Notes: a model not told the origin generated them from the sequence alone. A stretch of 36,286 nucleotides of DNA from Lachnospiraceae bacterium UBA3332 (GCA_002361095.1 DERU01000094.1:1-36286), one strand, 5' to 3'; counted from the stretch's first letter, positions 17,104-28,103 are shown. Translations and numbers: made by a program.

Positions 17104-18309
17104 TCACAATTGGCCTGCAACCAGCCGCACTGTCTCCCGTGCAATCGCAAGTTCCTCATTCGTGGGTACTACCATAGTCACAACCTTTGCGTCCTCGTCC
17201 GAAAGAACGACTTCTTCCCCGCGGATTTTATTCCGCTCCGCATTGATATTAGTACCCAAAAAACCGATATACTGTCCGATCAGCTGCCGCACTTCCGCAT
17301 TGTTCTCGCCAACGCCCGCCGTAAACACGATCACATCCACGCCGTTCATCGCGGCCGCATACGCACCGATATATTTCCCCACACGGTACGCATACGCCTC
17401 CAGCGCCGTTTCGGCCGTTTCGTTTCCCTTTGCCGCCGCTTCTGCCAAATCGCGGAAATCACTGGACAGTCCGCCGGACAATCCCAAAACCCCGGATTTT
17501 TTGTTGCAAACGTCCACCACGCCTGCCGCATCCAGCCCTTCCTTTTCCGCGATAAAGCCCACGATGGCCGGATCCAAATCCCCGCTTCTGGTTCCCATGA
17601 TCAGTCCTTCCAGCGGCGTCAGGCCCATGGAGGTATCTGCGGATTCCCCGTATTTCACAGCCGATACGGATGCGCCGTTGCCCAAATGACAGACAATGAT
17701 GCGCAAATCCTTTCGGTCCTTCCCCAAAATCTCCGCCGCGCGCCGGGAAACGAAATCATGGCTGGTGCCATGGAAGCCGTATCTGCGCACCTTATATTTT
17801 TCATAATAGGAAAGAGGCAGTCCGTACAAATACGCCTTTTTGGGCATCGTCTGATGAAACGCCGTATCAAAAACCGCCGCCATCGGCACACCGGGCATCA
17901 CCTTCTGACAGGCGCGAATGCCGATCAGATTGGCCGGGTTGTGCAGGGGCGCCAAATCATTACATGCCGTGATCGTCTCGGTCACCTCCCTGTCGATGAC
18001 CACGGAACCTTTAAATTTTTCCCCACCGTGGACGATGCGGTGTCCCACTGCATCAATTTCCTGCAGGGATGCAATCACACCCTCCTGCGGATCCGTCAGC
18101 TTATCAATCACCACTTTTACCGCATCCGTGTGATCCGCCATCGGCAAAAGGGTTTTGGTTTTCCCGCCCTGTCCCCTCTGGTGGGTCACGCTGCTGTTGT
18201 CAATACCGATTCTTTCACATAACCCTTTCGCAAGCACTTCCTCCGTCCCGCTGTCAATCAGCTGGTACTTCAAAGATGAACTGCCGCAGTTTATAACCAA
18301 TACCTTCAT
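17104..18309 (-). CDS. ackA: Acetate kinase
   Basis: [50 protein letters not shown]. Confidence 0.96.
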   Translation of the reverse strand: MKVLVINCGSSSLKYQLIDSGTEEVLAKGLCERIGIDNSSVTHQRGQGGKTKTLLPMADHTDAVKVVIDKLTDPQEGVIASLQEIDAVGHRIVHGGEKFKGSVVIDREVTETITACNDLAPLHNPANLIGIRACQKVMPGVPMAAVFDTAFHQTMPKKAYLYGLPLSYYEKYKVRRYGFHGTSHDFVSRRAAEILGKDRKDLRIIVCHLGNGASVSAVKYGESADTSMGLTPLEGLIMGTRSGDLDPAIVGFIAEKEGLDAAGVVDVCNKKSGVLGLSGGLSSDFRDLAEAAAKGNETAETALEAYAYRVGKYIGAYAAAMNGVDVIVFTAGVGENNAEVRQLIGQYIGFLGTNINAERNKIRGEEVVLSDEDAKVVTMVVPTNEELAIARETVRLVAGQL

Positions 18310-18326
18310 AACCCCAAATCCTCCTC

Positions 18327-19757
18327 TTAATAAGCTTTCCCCCAGTATACCATTTTTTTCGCGGGCTTTCCACAGCACACACATACATCGGACAGGTTTT
18401 CCTGCTCAAAAGGCATGCAGCGGCTGGTGGCCGCAAATTTTTCCTTGATTTGGTCTTCGCAGGACTGACATCCGCACCACATGGCTTTCACAAACCCGGG
18501 AGTCTTGGCCAGAATATCCCCCAACTCGGCCATATTTTTTGCCACATAGGTATGGGCATCCCTGTGCGCCCGCGCTTTCTCCAGCATTTCCCCCTGCATG
18601 GTTTCCAAAAGCTGTCCGGTCTTTTCTTCTATCTCCTGCAGGCCGCATTCGATCTTTTCCCTTGTATCGCGGCGTACCAACACGCATTTGCCCTGTTCGA
18701 TATCCTTAGGACCGATTTCCACACGGACGGGGATTCCCCGCATTTCCGCTTCCGCAAACTTCCAGCCCGGGCTCTTATCCGTATCATCCACCTTGACGCG
18801 GAATCCGGACAAACGGTCTTTGAGTTCATTGGCCTTATCCAAAACCCCTTCCCGGCGCTGTTGGATGGGAACAATCACTACCTGCACAGGCGCGACCTTT
18901 GGAGGCAGCACCAATCCGGAATTATCCCCATGTACCATGATGATTGCACCGATCAGCCGTGTCGTCACCCCCCAGGAAGTCTGGTGTACATACTGCAGCG
19001 TATTATCCTTATCCGTAAACTGAATCCCGAAGGCTTTGGCAAAGCCGTCCCCGAAATTATGACTGGTTCCGGACTGCAGGGCTTTTCCGTCATGCATCAG
19101 CGCCTCAATGGTATAGGTCGCCTCCGCTCCCGCAAATTTTTCCTTCTCTGTCTTGCGCCCTTTGATCACCGGAATGGCCAACACGTTTTCGCAGAAATCC
19201 GCATATACGTTCAACATCCGGATTGTACGTTCCTCCGCCTCTTCTGCAGTTGCATCCGCCGTATGCCCTTCCTGCCACAAAAATTCCCGGGAGCGCAGAA
19301 AAGGCCTCGTCTCCTTTTCCCAGCGTACCACGCTGCACCACTGGTTATAAACCTTGGGCAAATCCCGGTACGACTGAATATCGTTTTTATAAAAATCGCA
19401 GAAAAGGGTTTCCGAAGTAGGTCTTACACACAGCCTTTCCTGCAAGGGCTGCATTCCCCCATGGGTTACCCACGCCACTTCCGGCGCAAAACCCTCCACG
19501 TGATCTTTTTCTTTCTCCAAAAGGCTCTCGGGAATAAACATGGGCATGTAGACATTCTGCACCCCCGTTTCCTTGAACATGGCGTCCAGCTGCGTCTGGA
19601 TCAATTCCCAGATCGCATATCCCGCAGGCTTGATCGCCATGCACCCTTTCACACTCGTGTACCCGATGAGTTCCGCCTTCACCACCACGTCAGTATACCA
19701 CTGTGCGAAGTCCTCCTCCATGGATGTGATCTGTTCCACCAGTTTTTTGTCTGCCAT
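18327..19757 (-). CDS. proS: Prolyl-tRNA synthetase (archaeal/eukaryote-like type, C-terminal Zn domain)
   Basis: [40 protein letters not shown]-terminal Cys motifs ending KAY. Confidence 0.96.
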   Translation of the reverse strand: MADKKLVEQITSMEEDFAQWYTDVVVKAELIGYTSVKGCMAIKPAGYAIWELIQTQLDAMFKETGVQNVYMPMFIPESLLEKEKDHVEGFAPEVAWVTHGGMQPLQERLCVRPTSETLFCDFYKNDIQSYRDLPKVYNQWCSVVRWEKETRPFLRSREFLWQEGHTADATAEEAEERTIRMLNVYADFCENVLAIPVIKGRKTEKEKFAGAEATYTIEALMHDGKALQSGTSHNFGDGFAKAFGIQFTDKDNTLQYVHQTSWGVTTRLIGAIIMVHGDNSGLVLPPKVAPVQVVIVPIQQRREGVLDKANELKDRLSGFRVKVDDTDKSPGWKFAEAEMRGIPVRVEIGPKDIEQGKCVLVRRDTREKIECGLQEIEEKTGQLLETMQGEMLEKARAHRDAHTYVAKNMAELGDILAKTPGFVKAMWCGCQSCEDQIKEKFAATSRCMPFEQENLSDVCVCCGKPAKKMVYWGKAY

Positions 19758-19794
19758 TTCTTCTCCTCCTATCTGTTTTTCCGGCTTCCCAAAA

Positions 19795-20015
19795 GACAAA
19801 ACGCCGGATATCCCATCCCCGCTGCAGGGACCGGATATCCGGCGGTACCACCCAAATTGACGCCTATGCGCCCTCTCGAAATCCGTTAACGCCGGACTTA
19901 CGCTGTTTTCACAGGAACTCTGAGATCCGGTTCAAAATGCCGTGCGCAGACTCCTCCCACCCATGGAATCCTCTCTGGAGCGCCGATGCATTCCTACTAT
20001 TCCTCTTCAACGTTA
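19795..20015 (-). promoter_or_regulatory. T-box riboswitch (Pro) upstream of proS
   Basis: AGTA, CAGAGAGG and GGTGGGA stem I motifs; specifier GAA-CCG (19928-19930); T-box AATTTGGGTGGTACCGC (19842-19858); terminator CGCCGGATATCC...GGATATCCGGCG-TTTT. Confidence 0.92.
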
Positions 20016-20072
20016 CTTTCCGTATGGATAACATTTGAACTGTTGCTTCCGTTCTTTGATCATAGGGGAATT

Positions 20073-21125
20073 TTACCGATTTGTCAAGAAGGTTTCCGCA
20101 ATATCTGCGCCTTCCCTGAAAAATACCACATACAAAGGGCCTAAAAAAATGCCTGTCAGTCCAAAAATCTGTACGCCCGCATAAACGGAAAACAGCATCA
20201 CAATCGGATACATGCCCACTTGCTTCCCCAATAGCCTCGGTTCCAAAAGTTCACGCACGGCGATACAAAGAACATAGACGCCCACCGCAGCCACAGCCCC
20301 GAACCCGTTTCCCGAAAACAGCTGCCAAAGCGCCGTCGGAAGCAGCACAATCCCTGTGCCGATAAAGGGAAGCGCATCCAGCAGTCCCGCCAGAATCCCC
20401 AGCGGTACGCTGCCCCGCACCCGCCCCAGCCACAGTCCCAAAACCGCAATCACGGAAATTGCCAGCAAAATCACCGTCTGTGCTTTTAAATAGCCCCCGA
20501 TCAAAGACACCGTTTTCTCCACGAACCTCCACGTCTCTACAAACGCAGGATTTTCCCCATACCGTTCCAGGATATTCTCATAATCCTTGCATAAAAGCAG
20601 GGAAGAAATAAAACTGACGCCCAAAAAAGCGCCTGCTTTGGCAAACCCCTTCACATATTCCCATGACTGCGAAGCAGCTTTTGGCAGCGCCTGTGCCTGT
20701 AGGTTTTGGGTTAAAAGATTTATCTTCTCCCAAAATGCATTCTCCACCCCTGCGGCGTCCATTCCGAAATTCTCCTCCATAAAAATGCAGCAGCCGTGTA
20801 CCGCCTCGTCAAACCGCTTTTGCATCACTGACATGCCGTCCCCGATATCGGCCGCATGCACGGTTCCCCAGGAAAGAATGCCCCAAACACCGAACCCAAG
20901 AAGCACGGCAGCGAGAAGGAGAATCCCCCCCAAAAGGATCTCTTTACGGATATGCAATCTCTTTTGCATTTTTTTGAGCCACGGATTGCACAGATATACA
21001 ATAAGAAAAGAAAGAATAAAAGGCGCCGCAACCGGAAACGCACATTTAAACACCAAATATAAGAACACGGAAAATCCCAGCAAAACCAAAGCTTTTTTCA
21101 CATTTCTTTGCGATAAAATGCCCAT
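20073..21125 (-). CDS. ytvI: AI-2E family membrane protein, sporulation YtvI-like
   Basis: GYLKAQ, DALPFIGTGIVLLP, RELLEPRLLG. Confidence 0.78.
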   Translation of the reverse strand: MGILSQRNVKKALVLLGFSVFLYLVFKCAFPVAAPFILSFLIVYLCNPWLKKMQKRLHIRKEILLGGILLLAAVLLGFGVWGILSWGTVHAADIGDGMSVMQKRFDEAVHGCCIFMEENFGMDAAGVENAFWEKINLLTQNLQAQALPKAASQSWEYVKGFAKAGAFLGVSFISSLLLCKDYENILERYGENPAFVETWRFVEKTVSLIGGYLKAQTVILLAISVIAVLGLWLGRVRGSVPLGILAGLLDALPFIGTGIVLLPTALWQLFSGNGFGAVAAVGVYVLCIAVRELLEPRLLGKQVGMYPIVMLFSVYAGVQIFGLTGIFLGPLYVVFFREGADIAETFLTNR

Positions 21126-21227
21126 ACACGCCTCCCGGTCAAACCGCCTTGCAATGCCAGGCATGTCATGGCGGCAAACGACAGTTTTCGATGTCGTCCG
21201 CGATAGTATGGGTAAAACCCGGACTTT

Positions 21228-22871
21228 CTATGTATCTTTCCTCCTTCCGGATTCCTGCCGTTTTTTGGATATTTTCCCACTTTGCCGAATTTGCATAAAA
21301 GCGGCAGGCCGGCACGCAGCGCCAAGTAACAAAAATAAAAACGGCGTACAACAAACTTGCTGATAACAGAAAAAATTATGCGCACTATAAACCATCACTA
21401 CCAGTATTCCCGTAAGCGCCAAAGGTTCCGTCTTTCTTTTCTCCCAAAAGCTGCGAAAAGCTGCCGCCAGCAGCCACACAAACGCCGCCAATCCCATAAT
21501 CCCCATACAAAAAAGAATATTCAAAAATTCGTTATGCGCATTGGTAAGCGTCTGATCCCAGCCAAAATAATGGTTCAAAGCCGCACCCAGCGCGGGTTCC
21601 TGATAACAGTACGCGGAAAAGCAGTCCGGACCGACGCCGAAAAACTTACGGAAAAAGGGAAATGCCCCGAACGCTTCCACCGCAAACTTCCATGTAAAGC
21701 CCCTGGAATTTCCCCAATATTGGTCAAACAAAAGATACTGATTCCTGCTTCCGCTCCCAAACCATTTTTCCAATACCCCTGCCGTATTCATCCAAAGTAA
21801 CCCGACATAACCAAGAACCGCCGCCGCTACTGTCCCGGCGGCGAACTTTCTCCAAAATCTGCCCCCTTTTAACTCCTGCCGGTCCGGATTCTTTTTCCGC
21901 CAGTAAAGAAAAAACATATAAACCACACAGACCGCCAGAAACGCAAACCAGGTTGCGAATCCCTGTGACAGAAATTCCGAAAGCCCGCCCAGCCTTACCG
22001 CCCTGTCCGCAAATATCATCTGTAGGATACCGGTGACCTTAAAACTCCCCAACATCAAAAGCGTCAATTCCAAAAAGCGTTCCATCCCATCCAGGCTGTC
22101 ACAGGCGGCCAGAAAAACACCGAACAGCAAAAACGCTGTCGCGGCAAAGGCGCTGTCGCTGTTTTGCGTCACCAACGTGGAAAAGCCCAACATGCAAAAC
22201 GCCCCCAGTCCGAACCGGTATGCCGTTTTATCCGCAAGCAGAAAAAGGGAAACGCCCAACGTCAAAACCACACAGACATAAGAGGAATACCACGAAGCCT
22301 GCCCGACGGTAGATAAAAACAGCAGGCGATAGGGCGCGTCCACCCCCTCATACAGTCCCAGCGGATCGATTCCAAAGCGGTGTAAAATCCCGAGCAAAAA
22401 AACCGTGCCGGATCCTAAAAAGTAGCCCCAAAGAACCGCCCGGTTCCATGAAAAACACCTTGATACCAGAAAATAAGACAATACCAACAGTGCCTGCGTC
22501 GAAAGTCCCATAAACCAGCCGTCCGCCCCCAGCCAGGCCTGTTTTCTGTCTACGCTCATATACCAGGAAAACGCCGAAACCGCCAGATAAGCAAGCATCG
22601 CCCGATCCGGCGGCCCCAAAAATACCGACAGCCTGCGCAGTCCCCTCATCCCCTCCTTCCCCCAAAAAGCCAGCATGCCGCATATTCCTGCAGGGAGCAG
22701 GCAATACAGACACGCCGCCAGAAAGAAACGGTATTTTCCTTCTCCGATCCCCCGGTAGCCGTCTTTTACATAGAGCGGAAAAACCGCCAGCATTAAAAAA
22801 ACCCATACTCCGGTCAGAAAGCGGGAGGCCGCCGTGCAGAAACGTGTCATCCCGTTTTGCACGCACGCCAC
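21228..22871 (-). CDS. O-antigen ligase/Wzy_C-family polytopic membrane protein
   Basis: Many TMs; STVGQ, SRGFTW, GVGPDCF, NAHNEFL; start uncertain (22850-22910). Confidence 0.75.
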   Translation of the reverse strand: MACVQNGMTRFCTAASRFLTGVWVFLMLAVFPLYVKDGYRGIGEGKYRFFLAACLYCLLPAGICGMLAFWGKEGMRGLRRLSVFLGPPDRAMLAYLAVSAFSWYMSVDRKQAWLGADGWFMGLSTQALLVLSYFLVSRCFSWNRAVLWGYFLGSGTVFLLGILHRFGIDPLGLYEGVDAPYRLLFLSTVGQASWYSSYVCVVLTLGVSLFLLADKTAYRFGLGAFCMLGFSTLVTQNSDSAFAATAFLLFGVFLAACDSLDGMERFLELTLLMLGSFKVTGILQMIFADRAVRLGGLSEFLSQGFATWFAFLAVCVVYMFFLYWRKKNPDRQELKGGRFWRKFAAGTVAAAVLGYVGLLWMNTAGVLEKWFGSGSRNQYLLFDQYWGNSRGFTWKFAVEAFGAFPFFRKFFGVGPDCFSAYCYQEPALGAALNHYFGWDQTLTNAHNEFLNILFCMGIMGLAAFVWLLAAAFRSFWEKRKTEPLALTGILVVMVYSAHNFFCYQQVCCTPFLFLLLGAACRPAAFMQIRQSGKISKKRQESGRRKDT

Positions 22872-22881
22872 CCTTTCCTTT

Positions 22882-23571
22882 TCAGATCGCAAGCTTATCC
22901 TCCAGTTCAAAGCAGACCTCCTTCCCCGTTACCGGATGCGTAAAACCAAGCCGCACTGCCTGCAGCTGTACCGTCCGGATTCCGATTCTCTCCGACAAAA
23001 GCCTGCTTTCCCCGGTTCCGTAACGGTAATCCCCCAAAAGCGGCATTCCCGCATGGGAAAACTGTACCCGGATCTGATGATGCCTTCCGGTCTGCAATAC
23101 AATCTCCAACAGCATGCAGCCGTCCCTCTCATCCAGTGTCCGATAGGACAACCGCGCTTTTTTGGCCCCCGGCTCACCGGGCCGCGCAATCCGTGCGCCG
23201 CCGCCCGGTTCTTTGCGCAAAAAATCCGTCAGTTCCCGCCATTCCCCGGCCTCTGTGGGATTTCCGCCACACACCACTGCCCGGTAGGTCTTGCGCATCC
23301 GGTCTCCTGCGATCTGCCTGCTCAAATCCGCCGCAGCCGCCGGATTTTTGGCAAATACCAAAACGCCGGATACCGGCTGATCCAACCGGTGTACCACCCC
23401 CAAATAGACCGGCTTCTTTTGGGCAATGTTTGTATCAAACTGCCTTGCCAAATAATTTTTTAATTCGCTTACCATATCCGGTTCTGCGATCCGGCCGCTC
23501 TGCACGGCAAGCCCCAACGGCTTAAAACAGACAAGCAGCGCAGTGTCCTCATATAAAATCCGCGTTTTCAT
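22882..23571 (-). CDS. RluA-family pseudouridine synthase
   Basis: KPLG, VHRLDQPVSG, KTY, TGRHHQIR, PLLGDYRYG. Confidence 0.93.
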   Translation of the reverse strand: MKTRILYEDTALLVCFKPLGLAVQSGRIAEPDMVSELKNYLARQFDTNIAQKKPVYLGVVHRLDQPVSGVLVFAKNPAAAADLSRQIAGDRMRKTYRAVVCGGNPTEAGEWRELTDFLRKEPGGGARIARPGEPGAKKARLSYRTLDERDGCMLLEIVLQTGRHHQIRVQFSHAGMPLLGDYRYGTGESRLLSERIGIRTVQLQAVRLGFTHPVTGKEVCFELEDKLAI

Positions 23572-23590
23572 CCCTTCTCCTCACCGTATT

Positions 23591-24118
23591 TTATACCTTA
23601 CATTCCAACTGGCAGTCGCAGGGTTCCGCTTCCACATGCGCCGCCTGATATTCCTGCGCCTCCACGCATCCCATCGCCCGGTAAAACGCCTGACTCTCCA
23701 CCGCAGAATGGGCCGAAATATAAAGCTTTTTGGCGCCGCGGGCCCTTGCCCAATCCTTGGCAGCCGTAAATAAAACCCTCCCGATTCCCCTCCCCCTCAT
23801 ATCTTCGGACACATGAATGCTGGTTAAATCCAAATATTCACGGTTTTTCCCAAGCGGAGCCGATTCCACCGATGTAAAACCCTTCAGCACATTTTCCGAA
23901 AAAGCGCCGTATACCAGCCCTCCCGTCCGGGCCGTATTGCGCAGGCAATCCGTCAGTATCTTATAATCCGCCTCCGACCAATCGTCCACAAACGGTATCT
24001 CTTGCACAGTCCAAACGCCCGCTTCCCTCCTCCGGCATTTTGTCACCACCTGATGACGGATAAACTTTTCAAACAACTTCCTGTCGATTTCTTCCTCTTT
24101 TATGATTCTGTATTCCAT
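23591..24118 (-). CDS. GNAT N-acetyltransferase
   Basis: HVSEDMRGRGIG motif A, AFYRAMG. Confidence 0.88.
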   Translation of the reverse strand: MEYRIIKEEEIDRKLFEKFIRHQVVTKCRRREAGVWTVQEIPFVDDWSEADYKILTDCLRNTARTGGLVYGAFSENVLKGFTSVESAPLGKNREYLDLTSIHVSEDMRGRGIGRVLFTAAKDWARARGAKKLYISAHSAVESQAFYRAMGCVEAQEYQAAHVEAEPCDCQLECKV

Positions 24119-24145
24119 AGATTTTTCCTCCCACCCCTTTATCAG

Positions 24146-24186
24146 AAAAGGACATTTCAGGGAAATCCTGCCTGAAATGCCCTTTT
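24146..24186 (-). terminator. Terminator after response regulator
   Basis: AAAAGGACATTTCAGG...CCTGAAATGCCCTTTT inverted repeat. Confidence 0.7.
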
Positions 24187-24187
24187 T

Positions 24188-24877
24188 TCATACTTTGAAG
24201 CGGTATCCAACCCCCCAGATCGTCTCTATATACTGCGGATTCGCCGTATCAAATTCCACTTTTTCCCGAATCTTTTTGATGTGCACGGTCACGGTGGCAA
24301 TATCCCCAATGGAATCCATGTCCCAAATTTCCCGGAAAAGTTCCTCTTTCGTATACACATGATTGGGATTTTCCGCCAAAAAAGTCAGCAGATCAAATTC
24401 TTTCGTGGTAAACGCCCTCTCCTCCCCGTCAATCCAGACGCGACGCGCAGTTTTATCAATCTTTAAGCCCCGGATCTCAATGATGTCGTTGGCTTTCTGA
24501 TGGCTGCTGGTGAGCCGTTCGTACCGCGCCATATGCGCTTTGACCCGCGCCACCAGTTCGCTGGGGGAAAAGGGTTTGGTCATATAATCGTCGGCGCCAA
24601 GACCAAGACCGCGGATTTTATCGATATCATCTTTTTTCGCGCTTACCATCAGAATGGGCACATTCTTTTCATCGCGGATACGGCGGCACACTTCAAAACC
24701 GTCCATACCGGGCAGCATCAAATCCAACACCACCAGATCAAATTTATTCTTCAGCGCCCGTTCCAGCCCGGTGTCACCGGAATTCTCAATCTCTACCTCA
24801 AACCCGGACAGTTCGAGATAATCTTTCTCCAAATCCGCGATTGCCACTTCATCCTCGATAATCAAAATCTTACTCAT
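24188..24877 (-). CDS. OmpR-family response regulator
   Basis: IIED, LDLMLPGMDG, DDYMTKPF, VHIKKIREK, TIWGVGY. Confidence 0.94.
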   Translation of the reverse strand: MSKILIIEDEVAIADLEKDYLELSGFEVEIENSGDTGLERALKNKFDLVVLDLMLPGMDGFEVCRRIRDEKNVPILMVSAKKDDIDKIRGLGLGADDYMTKPFSPSELVARVKAHMARYERLTSSHQKANDIIEIRGLKIDKTARRVWIDGEERAFTTKEFDLLTFLAENPNHVYTKEELFREIWDMDSIGDIATVTVHIKKIREKVEFDTANPQYIETIWGVGYRFKV

Positions 24878-26354
24878 TTTCCTCTGCCTCCCTGTATTTT
24901 CTGATCACAAAATGCAGGCACGTTCCTTCTCCCTCTTTACCGGTCGCCCAGATATAGCCGCCGTGATCTTCTATGATCTTTTTCACAATGGAAAGTCCGA
25001 TGCCGCTGCCCCCCTGCGTGGAATTACGCGAAGCGTCCGTCCTGTAAAACCGTTCAAAAATATTAGCCAAATCCTTCGCGGGAACGCCTTTCCCGTTATC
25101 CTCGATCTCCACCCGGACCGCATCCACCTCATCCAAAAGGCGGATATCAATCACACCGTCCTTCTTATCCATATATTTAATGCTGTTGCCTACAATATTG
25201 TTGATGACTTTTTTTAACTGCTCCGGATCCGCGATGATTCTCGTACCGGGGCTTACCAGATTGGAATAATTAAGCCGGATCTCTTTGGATTCCAGATCCA
25301 ACCCCACATCCTCCACACAATCCTCAAAAAAATCAGAAACGTTGATCCGCTGAAAATTATAGGGAATTCGGTTATTATCAATGCTGGAATAATAGGTCAG
25401 TTCATTAATCAAACGATCCATGTCGTTTGCCTTGGTGTAAATGGTGCGCAGATATTTCTCCCTCTTCTCGCCTGTATCCGCCACACCGTCGATAATCCCT
25501 TCCACATAACCTTTGATTGCTGTGATCGGCGTCTTTAAGTCGTGCGTAATATTGCTGATCAGTTCCCGGTTCTGCCGCTCGTTCCCCAGTTTCTCCTCTG
25601 TGGACTCCTTGAGCCTTAGCCGCATATCCTCATAGTTGCGGTACAATTCGCCGATCTCATTGTCATCCTCAGATTCCAGCGAATAGTCAAAATTACCTTC
25701 GGCAATCTTTTGCATCGCCAGATTCAGCCTGTTAATCGGTGAAAAAACGCTTTTGTGTATCCACTGGGTCAAAAGAATGCTGGTCAATACTAAAATCAAC
25801 ACGATGGCCAAAAACATATCCGCCAAAAAGGATTTGGAAAAAACGCTGGTAATTCTCGTCACGATGAACACACTGCCCGGCGTGCCGTCCGCAAATGTGA
25901 AATCCACCTGCTTAATCAGCTTACGCATGTCGTTAAAATAAAACCCGGCATCCGGCCGATGGCTCTCCTGCCCGTACTCCGGCAGCCTGTCAAATATCCT
26001 GTCCGCAGCGGAAAAGTTCCCGGCATAATACAGTTCGCGGCCCTTCCTCACGATAAGGTAAGAAGATTTCTCTGCCGCAATCAGGTTTAACTCTTCCAGA
26101 CATTTCATATTCTCCAATTCCGCAGAATCACTTTGGGCCTTTTCCTGGAGCAAGTAAAAAAGTTCGTCCGTCCCCCGGCTGAAAGCGTCAATGGAATCCG
26201 ACATCATACTAAAATCCGATGTCTCCAAACCGTAGGCCTGATCCGTCGAACGCACCATCACCACCCCGATTGCCAGAAAGGCAACCAGCGACAGCAGCAC
26301 AGGCAGGAGAATAATCGTTATAAACGTAATAGCCAGCTTCGTTTTAAATTTCAT
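24870..26354 (-). CDS. Sensor histidine kinase (HAMP)
   Basis: Two TMs; THDLKTP, NIVGNSIKY, DNGKG, GSGIGL. Confidence 0.94.
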   Translation of the reverse strand: MKFKTKLAITFITIILLPVLLSLVAFLAIGVVMVRSTDQAYGLETSDFSMMSDSIDAFSRGTDELFYLLQEKAQSDSAELENMKCLEELNLIAAEKSSYLIVRKGRELYYAGNFSAADRIFDRLPEYGQESHRPDAGFYFNDMRKLIKQVDFTFADGTPGSVFIVTRITSVFSKSFLADMFLAIVLILVLTSILLTQWIHKSVFSPINRLNLAMQKIAEGNFDYSLESEDDNEIGELYRNYEDMRLRLKESTEEKLGNERQNRELISNITHDLKTPITAIKGYVEGIIDGVADTGEKREKYLRTIYTKANDMDRLINELTYYSSIDNNRIPYNFQRINVSDFFEDCVEDVGLDLESKEIRLNYSNLVSPGTRIIADPEQLKKVINNIVGNSIKYMDKKDGVIDIRLLDEVDAVRVEIEDNGKGVPAKDLANIFERFYRTDASRNSTQGGSGIGLSIVKKIIEDHGGYIWATGKEGEGTCLHFVIRKYREAEENE

Positions 26355-26486
26355 AACAACCTTTCCACTGTATATTTCTTACGCAATCAGCAAATAAGTA
26401 TAATAAGCCTCCAAATAAGTATAACATAAACACCGTTTTATTTTATAAAATAGAAACAATATAATTCTAAAATATTTATAAAGCAT

Positions 26487-26535
26487 TTGACAAAACCATG
26501 TTTCTCACCTATAATAAAAACAGGAATAATTACTG
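26487..26535 (+). promoter_or_regulatory. Consensus sigmaA promoter of perR with 7-1-7 Fur/PerR-type box
   Basis: TTGACA (26487-26492), 17 bp, TATAAT (26510-26515); CAGGAAT-A-ATTACTG (26521-26535). Confidence 0.75.
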
Positions 26536-26557
26536 ATTTTACGGAAAGGAACAGGAC

Positions 26558-26944
26558 ATGCCTGTCACAAAATATAGCCGTCAGCGGGAAGCCATCATGG
26601 ATTTTCTTATGACCCGCAGAGATCATCCGACGGCCGACATCGTATACCAAAATGTCAAGAGCGCATTTCCCCATATCAGCCTGGGAACCGTGTACCGGAA
26701 TCTGAACCTGCTTGCCGATCTTGGCCGGATCGCCCGCATCCGGGTGGGGGATGGCGTTGACCGTTTTGATTACAACACCACACTCCATTGCCATTTTGTC
26801 TGCCGGAAATGCGGCAGGGTCATGGATCTGCATACGGATGTTCCTTCCATGGCCAACGGCATGGAAGGCCGGTCAATAGACGGCAATCTGATAGAAGGGC
26901 ATGTTACCTATTTTTATGGGAGTTGTTCCCGCTGCCTCCTGTAA
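26558..26944 (+). CDS. perR: Fur-family peroxide-responsive repressor
   Basis: HPTAD, SLGTVYRNL, RFD, HCH, CxxC pairs, Asp after the first CxxC; adjacent to rubrerythrin. Confidence 0.85.
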   Translation: MPVTKYSRQREAIMDFLMTRRDHPTADIVYQNVKSAFPHISLGTVYRNLNLLADLGRIARIRVGDGVDRFDYNTTLHCHFVCRKCGRVMDLHTDVPSMANGMEGRSIDGNLIEGHVTYFYGSCSRCLL

Positions 26945-27085
26945 GACAATTACAGGTGCACAGTCCAACCGCCGCAACGGCCAAACCGTTGCGCTGCAAC
27001 TATGGCAACCGCTGGCTTCCGGGTTTCCCATGGGTTTCCCGGCCCAGCCGGAAATAAATAATTTAAAGAAAAGGAGAACAAAATT

Positions 27086-27625
27086 ATGAAATTCGTATGT
27101 CAGGTATGTGGTTATGTCCATGAAGGCGATGCCGCTCCCGATAAGTGCCCGCAGTGCGGCGCACCTGCTGAAAAATTCACCGCGCAGAGCGGCGCGATGG
27201 ATTGGGCCGCCGAGCATGTGGTAGGCGTGGCACAGGGCGCAAGCGAAGATATTATGGCCGATTTGAGGGCAAACTTCAACGGCGAATGCACAGAAGTCGG
27301 CATGTATCTTGCAATGGCAAGGGTTGCACACAGGGAAGGCTATCCCGAGATCGGTCTTTACTGGGAGAAAGCCGCTTATGAAGAAGCCGAACACGCTGCC
27401 AAATTTGCGGAACTGTTGGGCGAAGTTGTAACCGACTCCACCAAGAAGAATCTTCAGATGCGTGTGGAAGCCGAGAACGGCGCAACCGCAGGCAAATTTG
27501 ACCTCGCCAAGAGAGCAAAAGCGGCAAATCTGGATGCAATCCATGATACCGTGCATGAGATGGCAAGGGATGAGGCAAGACACGGAAAGGCATTTGAGGG
27601 ACTTCTTAAGAGATACTTCGGTTAA
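27086..27625 (+). CDS. rbr: Reverse rubrerythrin (NADH peroxidase)
   Basis: N-terminal rubredoxin CQVC...CPQC, then ferritin-like EAEH and EARH motifs. Confidence 0.92.
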   Translation: MKFVCQVCGYVHEGDAAPDKCPQCGAPAEKFTAQSGAMDWAAEHVVGVAQGASEDIMADLRANFNGECTEVGMYLAMARVAHREGYPEIGLYWEKAAYEEAEHAAKFAELLGEVVTDSTKKNLQMRVEAENGATAGKFDLAKRAKAANLDAIHDTVHEMARDEARHGKAFEGLLKRYFG

Positions 27626-27679
27626 TCAAAATACCGTAAAATCAAGGGTTTACAGTTACAAAGAAGTAAATTTCAATTA

Positions 27680-27719
27680 GGCGGTATAGCCCCGATTACA
27701 AGGGCTGTACCGTCTTTTT
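27680..27719 (+). terminator. Intrinsic terminator after rbr
   Basis: GGCGGTATAGCCC...GGGCTGTACCGTC-TTTTT. Confidence 0.8.
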
Positions 27720-27907
27720 CTGTCCTCATGCGCTTTGCCGTTTGGATTGCGCGTCAGAAAGGAAACCGCATACCCTGTGGCAAACTTCAGCCGTATGCGG
27801 CTGATGCCAAGGAACGCGGAAAAGCCGACCGATAATAGACGAAAAAAATTCAAATCTACACAATAGATTCAAATTACTCTGTTACAATTACGGTTAGGGA
27901 GTGCACT

Positions 27908-28103
27908 ATGAATAAAATCTTAATTGTTGAGGACGATTTATCTATACAGGCGTTGCTGCATGATTTCATACAAGAAGCCGGATATCATGTTGTATTGGCC
28001 GCTGACGGTGTGGAAGCCCTTGCCAAATATTCCGGACAGCACTTTGACTTAATACTGCTTGATATCATGCTCCCCAAAATAGACGGATACGGCGTTTGCA
28101 GAG
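27908..28103 (+). pseudogene. Truncated response regulator (5' part of receiver domain)
   Basis: MNKILIVEDD...LLDIMLPKIDGYGVC with RBS; similarity ends after about 65 codons at the MBOAT 3' end. Confidence 0.85.

Noticed and set aside
16822-18222. 466-aa plus-strand ORF
   Set aside because: Antisense shadow of ackA and the response regulator; no motifs or RBS.
18450-19889. 479-aa plus-strand ORF
   Set aside because: Antisense shadow of proS.
11226-28103. A single inversion explaining both truncated genes
   Set aside because: Both stubs are 5' fragments pointing outward, so flipping the segment restores neither gene.
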